Shown here in pieces: positions 32,953 through 45,349 of a DNA stretch of 64,000 bases. Source of the stretch: Anaeromyxobacter sp. (GTDB taxonomy: Bacteria; Myxococcota; Myxococcia; Myxococcales; Anaeromyxobacteraceae); assembly GCA_049840735.1 (NCBI GenBank), contig JASGJN010000013.1, forward strand, positions 416,001-480,000, written 5' to 3'. The position numbers were made by a program, and so were the translations under genes. The notes beneath the pieces are model-generated. The model saw only the letters and a list, made by a program, of their open reading frames with translations, was not told the DNA's origin and searched no databases. Every line of letters begins with the position of its first letter. Position 1 is the stretch's first letter.

Positions 32953-34253
32953 GCCGCCTCCAGCTGGCCCACGCTGGCCGGGAGCCGGCCCGCCACCAGC
33001 GCGCGGGCCCGGGCGCGCAGCGCGGGGGCGGCGATCCGCTCCACCATCTCGGCCGCGAAGGCCCAGATGAGCAGGCTGCGGGCCTCGGCCTCGGCCACGC
33101 CGCGCGAGCGCAGGTAGAAGAGGGCCGCCTCGTCCAGCTGGCCCACCGTGCCGCCGTGGCCGCACTTCACGTCGTCGGCGAAGATCTCCAGCTGCGGCTT
33201 GGTGTCCACCACCGCGTCGTCGGAGAGGAGCAGGTTGGAGTTCATCTGTCGCGCCTGCGTCTTCTGCGCGCCGGGCAGGACCCGGATCCGGCCGTGGAAC
33301 ACGCCGCGGGCGTGGCCGTCCAGGATGCCCTTGAAGGCCTCGGTGGTGGAGCAGCGCGGCACGGCGTGCTCGATCACCGAGTAGCTGTCGGTGATGCGGT
33401 GGCCGTCGGCCATGTACAGGCCGGCCACCTCCAGCGCCCCCTCCTCGCCGGTCAGCCGCGCGCGGACCTCGCCGCGCGAGAGCTGCGCGCCCAGCGCCAG
33501 CGAGAGCGTGGTGAGCCGGGCCTGCGCGCCCTGCTCGGCGAAGAGGCTCGAGACGTGGAACGCGCGCGCGCCCTCGTCCTGCAGCTTGACGTGGTCGATG
33601 CGGGCGCCGTCGCCTAGCACCAGCTCGGTCACCGCGTTGGTGAGGTAGACGTCGCCGGTGCCAAGGTAGAGCTCGGCCAGCGTGGCCTGGGCCCCCTCCC
33701 CCGCCACCACCAGCACGCGCGGGTGGTGCGCCACGTGGACGCCGCCGGCCCCGCCCAGGAACACCAGCTCGATGGGCGCCTCGACCCGCGCCCCGGCGGG
33801 CAGCTGCAGGAAGGCGCCGGCCGCCAGGTGGGCGGCGTTGAGGGCGGTGAAGGCCAGGCCGTCCGGGCGGGCCAGCCGGCCCAGGTGCGGGCGGACCGCC
33901 TCCGGCGCGTGCTCCAGCGCCTCGGCCAGGCTGGCCAGCACCGCGCCGGGCGGGAGCTGGCCGCCGGTGGAGAGGTCGCGGCGGAAGCGGCCGTTCTCGA
34001 AGACCAGGCGGGCGCCGGCCGGCGCGGGGGCCGCGGCCAGCTGCGCCTCGGCGCCGCCCGGCTCGCCGCGCCCGGAGGCGAAGGTGAGCGGCGCCAGCCC
34101 GGCCAGCGAGGTGAAGCGCCAGTCCTCGTGGCGCGGCCCCGGGAGGCCGGCGGCGCGGAAGGCCTCCAGCCCGGCCGCGCGCGCGGCCTGGACCCAGGCC
34201 GGCCCGGCCGCGCCGGCCAGCTGCTGCGCCAGGCTCTGCTCGGCGGGGGTCAC
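32949..34253 (-). CDS. sufD: Fe-S assembly protein SufD
   Basis: [41 protein letters not shown]. Confidence 0.95.
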   Translation of the reverse strand: MTPAEQSLAQQLAGAAGPAWVQAARAAGLEAFRAAGLPGPRHEDWRFTSLAGLAPLTFASGRGEPGGAEAQLAAAPAPAGARLVFENGRFRRDLSTGGQLPPGAVLASLAEALEHAPEAVRPHLGRLARPDGLAFTALNAAHLAAGAFLQLPAGARVEAPIELVFLGGAGGVHVAHHPRVLVVAGEGAQATLAELYLGTGDVYLTNAVTELVLGDGARIDHVKLQDEGARAFHVSSLFAEQGAQARLTTLSLALGAQLSRGEVRARLTGEEGALEVAGLYMADGHRITDSYSVIEHAVPRCSTTEAFKGILDGHARGVFHGRIRVLPGAQKTQARQMNSNLLLSDDAVVDTKPQLEIFADDVKCGHGGTVGQLDEAALFYLRSRGVAEAEARSLLIWAFAAEMVERIAAPALRARARALVAGRLPASVGQLEAA

Positions 34254-35047
34254 GGCGTGGCCCCCCGCTCCAGCTCCGGCTTCGTGCCGGCCACCCAGGC
34301 GTACCCGGTCTGCTCCAGCTCGTCGGCCAGCTCCGGCCCGCCGGAGCGGACGATGCGGCCCGCGGCCATGACGTGGATCCGGTCCGGCTTGATGTACTCG
34401 AGCAGCCGCTTGTAGTGGGTGACCAGCAGCATGGCGCGGTCCGGTCGGCGGAGCGCGTTCACGCCGCGTGCGACCACGCGCAGCGCGTCGATGTCCAGGC
34501 CGGAGTCGATCTCGTCCAGGATGGCCAGCCGCGGCTCCAGCACCGCCATCTGGAAGATCTCGTTCCGCTTCTTCTCGCCGCCGGAGAACCCCTCGTTGAC
34601 CGAGCGGTTGCCGAAGGCCGGGTCGAGCTCGACCAGCTTCATCTTCTCCTTGGCCAGCGCCAGGAAGTCCATGGCGTCCAGCTCCTCCTCGCCGCGGGCG
34701 CGCCGGACGGCGTTGAGCGCGGTGCGGAGGAAGTACAGGTTGCCGACGCCGGGGATCTCCACCGGATACTGGAAGCCCAGGAACAGCCCGGCCGCGGCGC
34801 GGTCCTCCGGCGCCAGCGCCAGCAGGTCCTGGCCCAGGTAGCCGACGCGGCCGCCGGTCACCTCGTAGGCGTCGCGGCCGGCCAGCACCCCGGCCAGCGT
34901 GGACTTGCCGGAGCCGTTCGGCCCCATGATGGCGTGGACCTCGCCCGGGCGGATGGTGAGGTCCAGCCCCTTGAGGATCTCCTGGTCGTTCACCTTGGCG
35001 CGCAGGCCGGCGATCTCGAGCATGGTGTCGTTTCCCGTGGTGGTCAT
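34250..35047 (-). CDS. sufC: Fe-S assembly ATPase SufC
   Basis: [41 protein letters not shown]. Confidence 0.97.
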   Translation of the reverse strand: MTTTGNDTMLEIAGLRAKVNDQEILKGLDLTIRPGEVHAIMGPNGSGKSTLAGVLAGRDAYEVTGGRVGYLGQDLLALAPEDRAAAGLFLGFQYPVEIPGVGNLYFLRTALNAVRRARGEEELDAMDFLALAKEKMKLVELDPAFGNRSVNEGFSGGEKKRNEIFQMAVLEPRLAILDEIDSGLDIDALRVVARGVNALRRPDRAMLLVTHYKRLLEYIKPDRIHVMAAGRIVRSGGPELADELEQTGYAWVAGTKPELERGATP

Positions 35048-35062
35048 GGTGTGATCCCGGCG

Positions 35063-36502
<1,440 letters not shown>

Positions 36503-36506
<4 letters not shown>

Positions 36507-36971
36507 GACAGGCGTGCTCCGAGTCGGGAACCGAGGGTGACGAGCGCGGGCTCGGCGGCGGCGCCGGCGCGGACCGCCAGCGCGGCCAGGGTGAGGCCGG
36601 AGAGGGCGGCCTGGACGGCCCGCGTGACGGGGTCCCAGGTGGCGCGGGTCGGGCAGGTGGACTCGAGCTCGCACGAGGCCTGCGGCCCGGTCTGGGCGCA
36701 CTGCGTGAGGGCGATGGGCCCCTCCAGCGCCTCGACGATTCTCGGCGACCGAGATTTGGTCGGCCGCACGGGCCAGCCCGTAGCCGCCGCGCCGGCCGCG
36801 GTGGGAGACGATCAGCCCCGCCTTCGTGAGCTCCTTGCAGAGCTTGGAGACGGTGGGCAGGGGGACCTGCGAGCGGGTGGCCAGCTCCTGACCGGTGAGC
36901 GTGCCGCCGCGCTGCGCCAGGTGGGCGAGCAGCACGATTGCGTAGTCGGTGAGCTTGGAAACCCGGATCAT
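36503..36971 (-). CDS. Rrf2-family SUF regulator; apparent frameshift at ~36739
   Basis: MIRVSKLTDYA, RGRRGGYGL, EGPIALTQC..C..C; shift at GATTC 36737-36741. Confidence 0.92.
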
Positions 36972-37013
36972 CTTTGGCCGTTCCCTCCCGCAAGCGGCGG
37001 GCCAAGGCGCATC

Positions 37014-37041
37014 GTGGACCGAACAGGTCTGTTTAGTCCAC
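37014..37041. promoter_or_regulatory. 28-bp palindrome upstream of the suf operon (probable Rrf2 operator)
   Basis: GTGGAC-cg-AACAG-gt-CTGTT-ta-GTCCAC, ~43 bp upstream of the rrf2 start. Confidence 0.7.
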
Positions 37042-37133
37042 TATCTAACCGAACCCCTCGGCCTTTCACGGAAAAAAGACCGCAGCCCGGGTTGGAAGCC
37101 CAAGGTCCGCTGATGACTCGGGGTTCTGGCGGC

Positions 37134-37685
37134 TCAGCCGGCGCTGGCGCGGTGGAGCGGTCCGTCCAGGGACTGCCCCCCAACGGTCAGGTAGAGGTGA
37201 TCGGCCACCAGGGTCAGCTCGACCTTCGCGCGCCTGTCGTCCAGGGCTGCCAGCGCGGCGAGCAGCGGCGGGTCCACCGCGGCCAGCTCGGCCCTGGCCA
37301 GCCTGCCCAGCCCGCGCTCGCGCCCGCCGGCCACGAACGCCTCCAGCCAGCGCGGCGCGTCGAACAGGACCGCCACCCGCGCGCCGGAGTTCTGCGCCAC
37401 GTCGCGGGCCACGCGCTCGGGGTCGGGGCGCCCCACCCGCACGAGCACGGCCGGGCTCCCGTCGAGCCGGTTGGCGATGACGTCGGCCGCGTCCGGCTCG
37501 CACAGGCCCGGACCGAAGGCGATCCGCTCCTCCCACTGCCAGGCGAGCGCCAGCACCCGCAACCACACCCGCTCCATGGTCTCGGAGGGATGGCGGGCGA
37601 CCTTGAGGACGAGCGCCTGGTCGATCCCCCGATTGACGTGCGAGAGGTGGAGGTCGAGGTGATGCAGCGTGGACGGCAAGGCCAT
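37134..37685 (-). CDS. yaeQ: YaeQ family protein
   Basis: MALPST, VARHPSETMERV..RVLA, FGPGLCEPD. Confidence 0.88.
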   Translation of the reverse strand: MALPSTLHHLDLHLSHVNRGIDQALVLKVARHPSETMERVWLRVLALAWQWEERIAFGPGLCEPDAADVIANRLDGSPAVLVRVGRPDPERVARDVAQNSGARVAVLFDAPRWLEAFVAGGRERGLGRLARAELAAVDPPLLAALAALDDRRAKVELTLVADHLYLTVGGQSLDGPLHRASAG

Positions 37686-37789
37686 GGCGTCAGGTTTCCC
37701 TCATCCCACGACGGAGCGGAAGGGGGTTCGGACACTTACGACGCACATGGCCCCGTCGCTATCCTTCCAGCCGATCGTCTGGAGGCTCG

Positions 37790-38345
37790 ATGCGCCCCGT
37801 CCTCGCCGCGCTGCTGCTCCTCGCCACCCCCGCCGCCGCGCTCGCCGACGGCCCGCCGCTCCCTCGCGTCGGGCTGGCGCTCGACGCCGGGGCGCCGAGC
37901 GGCGCCGCGCTCTCGCTGCTCTTCCGGCCGGTGGACGCGCTCCGCCTCGAGGCCGGCCCGCTCTGGAACGGCGTCGGCTGGGGCGCGCACGGCGGGCTGG
38001 TGCTGGTGCCGTTCCGCTGGGCGGTGGCGCCGTCGTTCGAGGCCGACGTGGGGCGCGGCTTCTCCGCCGATTCTGTCCTTCCTGGCCGATCGCAACGATG
38101 TGCCGGACGAGCTGGAGCCGCTGCTCCAGCACTCCGACTACTGGTACGCGTCCGGGCTGGCCGGGCTGGAGTTCGGCTCGCAGCGCCGGCTGTCCTTCTT
38201 CCTGCGGGCGGGCGTGACGCGGGTGTGGGCCGAGGCCAGGGGCACCGGCTCGTCCACCTCCGGCGGCACCACCGTCTCCATCACCGACCCGACCGTCACC
38301 GTCACCTCCCCGGCCGTCAAGCTGGGGCTGCAGCTCTGGTTCTAG
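37790..38345 (+). CDS. Putative small outer-membrane beta-barrel protein; apparent frameshift at ~38071
   Basis: Signal peptide, amphipathic strands, C-terminal KLGLQLWF; shift at GATTC 38069-38073. Confidence 0.6.
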
Positions 38346-38355
38346 CGAGCCCGCC

Positions 38356-38898
38356 ATGACGCCCTCCCGCGCCCTCCCGCTCCTCTCCGCCCTCGCGCTC
38401 GCCGGCTGTGGCATCGAGGCCAGGATGGAGGCCAGGAGCGTCTGCGTCACGCAGGACGCCGAGGCCTTCCCCGGCACCACCGCCGGCGGCACGCTGATCT
38501 CCCAGGTCTCCTACGATTTAGGCCAGGACCTCCCGCTGGTGAGCGAGCCGGGCGTGGACTACGCGCTGCAGGTGCAGCACGTCGCGGTGGCGCTCGACTC
38601 CAGCTCGCACCTGACCGACCTGGGCGGCATCACCTCGTTGACCATCTCCGCGCTGCCGCCGGGCGGCAGCGGCCTGCCCGAGGCCGAGCTGGCCAGCTAC
38701 GCCCGCGGCGAGGACCTGCACCCCACGTCCATCCAGGCCGCCGGCGGCGAGGGGGTGGAGCTGCGCCCGTACATCGCGGGCGGGCAGCTCCGGTTCCAGA
38801 TCGTCGGGAACGGCACGCTGCCGACGCAGGCCTGGACGGCCGCGGTGACGGCCTGCTTCGGGATGAAGGTCACGCTGGACGTGACCGACGGGATGTAG
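38356..38898 (+). CDS. Hypothetical lipoprotein
   Basis: LAGC lipobox; 10 bp after the previous gene. Confidence 0.7.
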   Translation: MTPSRALPLLSALALAGCGIEARMEARSVCVTQDAEAFPGTTAGGTLISQVSYDLGQDLPLVSEPGVDYALQVQHVAVALDSSSHLTDLGGITSLTISALPPGGSGLPEAELASYARGEDLHPTSIQAAGGEGVELRPYIAGGQLRFQIVGNGTLPTQAWTAAVTACFGMKVTLDVTDGM

Positions 38899-38912
38899 CC
38901 CGGGGGAGCTGC

Positions 38913-40678
38913 CTACGGCTCCTCCCCCCGCACGATGGCCAGCACCGCCTCGCCGTGCGCCTCCAGCTTGCGCGGCCCCACGCCCTTCACGGCGGCCAGC
39001 CCGTCCTCGTCGGCCGGCCGCTCCTGCGCGATGGCCAGCAGCGTCGCGTCGGCGAAGACCACGTACGCCGGCACGCCGCGCGTCCGCGCCTCGGCGGAGC
39101 GCCAGGCGCGGAGCCGCTCGAACAGCGCCAGCGCCTCCTCGTCCGGCGGGTCCGCGTCGGGCTCGACCGCCGGCGCGCGCCGGCCGCCGCGGTCGCGCTT
39201 CCTGTCGCCGCGCCCGCGCTTCACCGTCACCTTGGGCGCAGCGTGGAGCACGTCCTCCGCGCCGCAGCGGTCGCAGCGGTCGCCGCAGGCGCCGGTCACC
39301 TCGCCGAAGTAGCCGACCAGCGCCTCGTGGCGGCAGCCGTCGCCGTCGGCCAGGCGGAACATGGCCCGCACCTGGCGGCGCTGCCCCTCGGCCACCTCCG
39401 GCTCGGCCTCGTCCAGCATCCGCTCCCAGCTCATCACGTCGGCCCAGGAGTAGAAGAGGATGCAGTCGCTGTCGGCGCCGTCGCGGCCGGCGCGGCCGAT
39501 CTCCTGGTAGTAGGCCTCGATGGAGCGGGGCAGGTCGCGGTGGATGACGAAGCGGATGTCCGGCTTGTCGATCCCCATGCCGAACGCCACCGTGGCCACC
39601 ACCACGTCCACCGCGCCGGCCTTGAAGGCGTCCTGCACGCGGGTGCGGACCTCCGGCTCCAGGCCGGCGTGGTAGGCCTCGGCCCGCACGCCGTGGTCGC
39701 GCAGTGTCTCGGCGGTCTCCTCCACCGAGCGGCGCGAGAGCGCGTAGACGATGCCGCTCTGGCCCCGGCGCGCCCGCACCAGCCGCACCAGCGCGTCGCG
39801 CGTCTTGAGCCCCTCGCCCTTCTTGATGGCGTGCAGGTGCAGGTTGCGGCGCAGGAAGGAGCCGCGCACCAGCAGCGGGTCGGCCATCCCGAGCTGCGCC
39901 GCGATGTCGAGCGCCACCTCGCGGGTGGCGGTGGCGGTGAGCGCCAGCACCGGGGCGCGGAAGCGGGCCTTGAGGCCGGCCAGGTTGCGGTAGGCGGGGC
40001 GGAAGTCGTGGCCCCAGTGGCTGATGCAGTGGGCCTCGTCCACCGCGATGAGCGCCAGGCCGATCCCCTCCAGCGCGCCGCCCACCGAGGCCTCCAGCCC
40101 CTCCGGCGCGGCGTAGAGCAGCTCCAGCTCGCCGTCGCGCAGCCTGCGCACGCGGTCGCGGCGCTCGTCCGGCGCGAGCGAGGAGTTGAGGAAGGTGGCG
40201 CGCAGGCCGGCGCGCGCCATGGCGTCCACCTGGTCCTTCATGAGCGCGATGAGCGGCGATACCACCAGCGTGGTGCCGCCCAGCAGCCGGGCCGGGATCT
40301 GGTAGGTGAGCGACTTGCCGGCGCCGGTGGGCATGACGCCGATGCAGTCGCGCCCGGCCAGCACCGCCTCGATGATGGCTCCTGCCCGGGCCGGAACGCG
40401 GCGTGGCCGAACACCTCGCGCAGGATGCGGCGCCCCGCCTCCGGCCCCGGCGGGCGCGCCAGCGCCTCGGCCAGGCTGCGCAGCCGCGTCACCAGCTCCG
40501 GACCGAAGAGCAGCGGCGCCTCGCGCCAGCGGGCGCGCAGGCGGTGCAGGCGTCGGGCGCAGGCGCCGCGCAGCGCCGGGTCGTCGGGATTGCCGGCGGC
40601 CCAGGCCTGGCCCAGCGCCAGCACCTCGGCCTCCAGCGCCCGCCGGTCGTCGCCCAGCGTGTCGTTCGGATCGCCCAA
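38913..40678 (-). CDS. recQ: RecQ-family DNA helicase with HRDC domain; apparent frameshift at ~40378; start uncertain
   Basis: FGHAAFRPGQE, MPTGAGKS, DEAHCISHWGHDFRP, QEIGRAGRDG, Zn-binding CRH..CDRC, HRDC VPAYVVFADATL. Confidence 0.92.
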
Positions 40679-40753
40679 CCGCGCCCGCCCTTCACCTGCC
40701 CTCGAACGGCGCGGGCGAGCGGGAATCCCCGCTCGCCCGGACGCTCCGACCCT

Positions 40754-40788
40754 GGCCTTCGACTCCGGGCCCGCCCAGCGGCGGGCCC
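40754..40788 (-). repeat. Partial REP-like element / hairpin just after the OB-fold gene
   Basis: ggccttcgactcc followed by gggcccgcc-cagc-ggcgggccc. Confidence 0.55.
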
Positions 40789-40798
40789 GCGTGGCGGC

Positions 40799-41626
40799 CT
40801 ACTTGCCGACCTTCGCGTCCTCGATGATGACCGGGTACTGGTAGCCCATGCCGAAGTCCTTGTCGACGCGGACCGTCCCGGTGACCGTCACCACGTCGCC
40901 GACCGCGGCCGAGTCGGCCGTGGTGACGGTGATGTCGTTGTCCTTCTTGTCGGCCGTGCCGGAGCCGTCGCGCAGGTGGAGCCAGTTGCGCCCCATGATC
41001 CCGTCGTTCGCCTTCACCACCTTGCCCTGCAGCACGACCTTCTTCTCCTTGAGCGCGGCGCGCTGCGCGTGGATCTCGGCCACGGTGCGCCCGTCGGCGC
41101 CGGACGCCTTGGCGACCTTCACGTCGCCCACGTCGGCCGGGCCGGCCGCGGCCTGCGCGTGCTGCGAGGCCATGTCCATCCCGCCGCCCATGGCCCCGCC
41201 CATCCCGCCGCCGGGCGGCGTGGCCGGGCGCGGCTTGCCGGAGATGTCCGGGTGGCCCGGGGGCATCGCGCCCGCCGTGGCGTCGCCGCCCTCCATGACC
41301 TGGCCGAAGTAGACCGACTCGAAGGTCCGCTTGAGCGTCTGCGAGGTGTAGTTCTTCATCTCGAGCCCGCCGCCCACGGCGACGGTGGCGCCCTTGTCCA
41401 GCCGGGTCTGCTGGACGGCGGCCCAGCGCTCACCCGCGGCCGTCTCGAGGCGCAGGTAGCTGTACGGAGGCGCGTCGATCCGCTCGAGGATCCTGCCCTG
41501 CAGGCCGGCGGGCGGCTGCCCGGCCTCCTGCGGCGCGGTGATGGGGGCCGCGACCACGGGACCCTCGGACTTCTTGCAGCCAGCCACGGCCAGGACCGCG
41601 GCGAGAACGGTGAGCAGACGACGCAT
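40799..41626 (-). CDS. Lipoprotein with two OB-fold-like domains and a Met/Gly-rich linker
   Basis: VAGC lipobox; YSYLRL..WAAV; GKVVKANDGIMGRNWLHLRDGSG; DKDFGMGYQY. Confidence 0.75.
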   Translation of the reverse strand: MRRLLTVLAAVLAVAGCKKSEGPVVAAPITAPQEAGQPPAGLQGRILERIDAPPYSYLRLETAAGERWAAVQQTRLDKGATVAVGGGLEMKNYTSQTLKRTFESVYFGQVMEGGDATAGAMPPGHPDISGKPRPATPPGGGMGGAMGGGMDMASQHAQAAAGPADVGDVKVAKASGADGRTVAEIHAQRAALKEKKVVLQGKVVKANDGIMGRNWLHLRDGSGTADKKDNDITVTTADSAAVGDVVTVTGTVRVDKDFGMGYQYPVIIEDAKVGK

Positions 41627-41800
41627 GGACGATCGACCTCCGGGTTCGCGACGGTGCGCGCGACGCCCCTGTCAGCGGGGCGCCGCAGGATAAACCCCCG
41701 CCGCCCCGAAATCGATCCCGTTCGTCGCAGCTGCGGGGTCCCCCGCTCCGGGCAAACGAGCGTTGACAGGGGCGGTGTGGGTGGGTGACGGCCAGCCCAG

Positions 41801-42562
41801 CTAGCCGCGCAGGCGCCAGCCGGAGCGGAGCACGCCGTAGGCCGCCCCGAGGGCCCCGACGGCCAGCACCAGCAGCAGCGCCGCGCCGACCCAGGGCACG
41901 CCGTCGGAGATGCCCAGCACCCCGAACCGGACCCCGTCCACCATGTAGAAGACCGGGTTCCAGTAGATGATGGGCCGCAGCCCCTCCGGCAGCATCGCCA
42001 CCGAGTAGAAGACGCCGCCCAGGAAGGTGAGCGGCGTGATGAGGAAGGTGGGGAAGAAGTTCACCTGCTCGAAGGTCCGGGCCCAGACGGCGGTCACGAA
42101 CCCGAAGGCGGAGAAGGCCACCGCCGCCAGCACCAGCAGGGCCAGCGCGAGCAGCGGGTGGGCCAGGTGGAAGCTGGTGAAGCAGCCCGCCACCGCCCAC
42201 ATGACGCCGCCCACCAGCAGCCCGCGCAGCACGCCGGCGCCCAGGAAGCCGGCCAGCACCTCGCCGTGCGAGAGGGGCGACACCAGCAGGTCGAGGATGG
42301 TCCCCTGGATCTTCATCACGAAGAGCGAGGAGGCGGTGTTGAGGTAGGCGTTGGTGATCACGCCCAGCGTGACCAGGCCCGGCACGATGAAGTGGGCGTA
42401 CGGCACGCCGTCCACCTCGCGCAGCCGGCTGCCCAGCGACCAGCCGAAGACCAGGAAGTAGAGGGTGGTGGTGACGATGGGCGAGAGGAGGGTCTGCCCC
42501 GGCACCCGCATGAAGCGCCGGACCTCCTTCACGAACAGCGTGCTCAGGCCGAGCGAGATCAC
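41801..42562 (-). CDS. ABC-2 type permease (YadH-like)
   Basis: KEVRRFMRV..QTLLSP, FIVPGL, PLTFLGGVFYS, NPVFYMVDG. Confidence 0.92.
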   Translation of the reverse strand: MISLGLSTLFVKEVRRFMRVPGQTLLSPIVTTTLYFLVFGWSLGSRLREVDGVPYAHFIVPGLVTLGVITNAYLNTASSLFVMKIQGTILDLLVSPLSHGEVLAGFLGAGVLRGLLVGGVMWAVAGCFTSFHLAHPLLALALLVLAAVAFSAFGFVTAVWARTFEQVNFFPTFLITPLTFLGGVFYSVAMLPEGLRPIIYWNPVFYMVDGVRFGVLGISDGVPWVGAALLLVLAVGALGAAYGVLRSGWRLRG

Positions 42563-43530
42563 GCCCCCTCCTTCTGCGCCGCGGCGGCGGCGCTCGCCAC
42601 CGCGCCGCCCACGGCCTGCCCGGAGGAGACCAGCCGCACGAAGACGTCCTCCAGCGTGGTCCGCCGCGTCTCCACGTCCTTTACCTGCACGCCCGCGGCG
42701 GCGGCCGCCGCCAGGAAGGGCCCGAACGGCTCGCCCGCCGGGATCTCCACCGAGACGGCCGCGCCGCCCTCCTCCAGCCGCGCGCCCAGCGCCTCCAGCG
42801 CCGGCGGCACCGCCCCCACCGGCCGGGCGGTGAGCAGGCGCAGGGTCTTGGCCCCGTGGCGCCGGAGCAGCGCCCCCTTCTCCTCCACCAGCAGGAGCCG
42901 CCCGCGGTCGATGACGCCCACGCGGTCGGCCAGCTCCTCCGCCTCCTCCAGGTAGTGCGTGGTCAGCACCACCGTGGTCCCGCGGCTGCGCAGCGTGCGC
43001 ACGTAGCTCCAGAGCGAGCGGCGCAGCTCCACGTCCACGCCGGCGGTGGGCTCGTCCAGGAACAGGACGCGCGGATTGTGGACCAGCGCCTTGCCGATGA
43101 GCAGGCGCCGCTTCATGCCGCCCGAGAGCGAGCGGGTGTTGGCCTTGCGCTTCGGGGCGAGGTCGAGCGCCTCGAGGAGCTCCGCCAGCCGGGCCTCGGT
43201 GAGGCGGACGCCGAAGTAGCCGGCCTGGATCCGCAGCGACTCCTCCACCGTGAAGAACGGGTCGAAGTTGATCTCCTGGGGCACCAGCCCGATCACCCTG
43301 CGGGTGAAGGCGTAGTCCCTCACCACGTCCCGCCCCAGCACCGAGACCTGGCCGGCGGTGGCGCGCAGCAGCCCGGCCACCACCGAGATGAGGGTGGTCT
43401 TGCCGGCGCCGTTGGGGCCCAGCAGGGCGAAGATCTCGCCCGGGCTCACGTCGAGGTCCACCCCGCCGAGTGCGACGAGGTCACCGTAGCGCTTCTCCAG
43501 ACCACGTATCCGGACCACCGGTTCTTCCAT
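42559..43530 (-). CDS. ABC transporter ATP-binding protein (YadG-like)
   Basis: GPNGAGKTT, LSGGMKRR, LDEPTAGVD, TTHYLEEAE. Confidence 0.95.
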   Translation of the reverse strand: MEEPVVRIRGLEKRYGDLVALGGVDLDVSPGEIFALLGPNGAGKTTLISVVAGLLRATAGQVSVLGRDVVRDYAFTRRVIGLVPQEINFDPFFTVEESLRIQAGYFGVRLTEARLAELLEALDLAPKRKANTRSLSGGMKRRLLIGKALVHNPRVLFLDEPTAGVDVELRRSLWSYVRTLRSRGTTVVLTTHYLEEAEELADRVGVIDRGRLLLVEEKGALLRRHGAKTLRLLTARPVGAVPPALEALGARLEEGGAAVSVEIPAGEPFGPFLAAAAAAGVQVKDVETRRTTLEDVFVRLVSSGQAVGGAVASAAAAAQKEGA

Positions 43531-43683
43531 GGAGGCGCGAATGTAGCGCAGCGCCCCCCGCCGCGCCCCCCTGTCACGGTGGCGGCCGAGGCGCCCTCAG
43601 ATGCGCCTGGTCCGCCCCCCAAGGGGGAGGTAGAGTGCCTACACCAACGCTCAGCCGCCAGGGGGCGGCCTGGGGGAGCTCGA

Positions 43684-44643
43684 ATGAACGGAAGAATCCT
43701 GGGCTGGACCACCGTCCTGGCCCTTCACGCTGCGTGCGCTACGGTGTCGCAGCCGGCCCCGGTGGTCGAGTCGGCCGCGCCGCGCCCGGCGCAGACCGCG
43801 GCCCAGCAGCAGGCCGCACAGCCCGTGGCCAAGCGCTACAAGCAGAAGATCGCCATCCTCCGGTTCAGCAACGAGACCAACTACGGGCGCTCGCTGCTGA
43901 ACGACGCCGACCTGGACCGGATCGGCAAGCAGGCCTCCGACATGCTGGCCTCGCGGCTGGTCATGTCCGGCAAGTTCGTGGTGCTGGAGCGCCCGGACGT
44001 GGTGAAGCTGGAGCGCGAGCAGGCCATCAGCGGCGGCACGCTGGTCGGGTCGGACACCGTCATCTCCGGCGCCGTGACCGAGTTCGGCCGCTCCGTCGGC
44101 GGCAAGACCGGCTTCCTCTCCTCCACCAAGGTCCAGACCGCGAAGGCCAAGGTGGACATCCGCCTGGTGGACGTCCGCACCGGCCACGCCTACTTCTCCG
44201 CCATCGGGGCCGGCGAGGCCTCCACCGAGACCGGCGAGGTGGCCGGCTTCGGCAGCCAGGCCGACTACGACGCGACGCTCAACGACCGCGCCATCGGCGC
44301 CGCCATCTCCGACGTGATCGACCGGCTGGTGACGCAGCTGGGCGACCGCCCCTGGCGCACCGACATCCTGGAGGTGAAGGGCAACCAGCTCTTCATCGCC
44401 GGCGGGCAGCGGCAGGGCGTCCGCGTCGGCGACCCGCTGCTGGTCATGGAGGCCGGCGAGACCGTGAAGAGCCGCCAGTCCGGCTTCGACGTCACGCTGC
44501 CCGCGAAGCAGGTCGCCACCCTCAAGGTGGTGGCGCTCTTCGGCGAGAGCGAGACCAACGAGGGCGCGGTGTGCGAGCTGACCGGCGGCGCGGTGGACGC
44601 GAGCGCGCTGGCCAAGCTCTTCGTCTCGGAGCCCCAGCCGTGA
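43684..44643 (+). CDS. CsgG/HfaB family lipoprotein
   Basis: LHAAC lipobox; KIAILRFSNET, SGKFVVLER, GAVTEFG, KVDIRLVDVRTG. Confidence 0.85.
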   Translation: MNGRILGWTTVLALHAACATVSQPAPVVESAAPRPAQTAAQQQAAQPVAKRYKQKIAILRFSNETNYGRSLLNDADLDRIGKQASDMLASRLVMSGKFVVLERPDVVKLEREQAISGGTLVGSDTVISGAVTEFGRSVGGKTGFLSSTKVQTAKAKVDIRLVDVRTGHAYFSAIGAGEASTETGEVAGFGSQADYDATLNDRAIGAAISDVIDRLVTQLGDRPWRTDILEVKGNQLFIAGGQRQGVRVGDPLLVMEAGETVKSRQSGFDVTLPAKQVATLKVVALFGESETNEGAVCELTGGAVDASALAKLFVSEPQP

Positions 44644-44651
44644 GGTACGCC

Positions 44652-44951
44652 ATGAGAAGCCTGGTCCTCCTCCCCCTGGCCGCGGCGCTGGCCTGCGCCA
44701 TGCCGCAGACCACCGTCAAGACCACCGACACCCGCCCCAGCATCCTGGTGCAGGGCGCGCCGCGCAACGCCTTCCTGTTCGTGGACGGCCTCAACGCCGG
44801 CAACGCCTACGACGTGGAGGGGCCGCTGGCCATCCGCGTCGAGCCCGGGACGCACACCGTCGAGGTCCGCTCGCCGGACGGCACCGTGCTGCACCGCCAG
44901 CAGGTGTTCGTGGAGAGCGAGCAGAAGACCATCATCATGGGCGAGCCGTGA
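44652..44951 (+). CDS. Small lipoprotein, PEGA-like beta domain
   Basis: LAC lipobox; GAPRNAFLFVDG..VEPGTHTVEVR. Confidence 0.7.
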   Translation: MRSLVLLPLAAALACAMPQTTVKTTDTRPSILVQGAPRNAFLFVDGLNAGNAYDVEGPLAIRVEPGTHTVEVRSPDGTVLHRQQVFVESEQKTIIMGEP

Positions 44952-45349
44952 GCCTCGTCCGGCGGCTGGTCCCCACGGCAGCCCTCCTCGGCCTGCTCTC
45001 GGGCTGCGCCATGAACCAGCCCCTCTACAACTGGAAGGGCTACGACGGCGTCCTCTACAACCACTACAAGCACCCCGAGAACCACGACGAGTTCGTGCGC
45101 AAGCTCGAGTACATCATCCAGCAGGCGGAGACCGAGGGGCGGAAGGTGCCGCCGGGCATCTACGCCGAGTACGGCTACGCGCTGATCGAGGGCGGCCAGC
45201 CCACCGAGGCGGTCAAGGCGTTCGGCAAGGAGCGCGACCTGTGGCCGGAGTCCCGGTACTTCATGGAGAAGATGATCGCCAACGCCGAGCGGATGCAGGT
45301 CCGGTCCAACCGGCAGACGGTGCTGCCCGCCGGGGAGGAGGCCAAGTGA
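44948..45349 (+). CDS. DUF4810 family lipoprotein
   Basis: LSGC; LYNWKGY; KVPPGIYAEYG; ERDLWPES. Confidence 0.85.
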   Translation: MSLVRRLVPTAALLGLLSGCAMNQPLYNWKGYDGVLYNHYKHPENHDEFVRKLEYIIQQAETEGRKVPPGIYAEYGYALIEGGQPTEAVKAFGKERDLWPESRYFMEKMIANAERMQVRSNRQTVLPAGEEAK

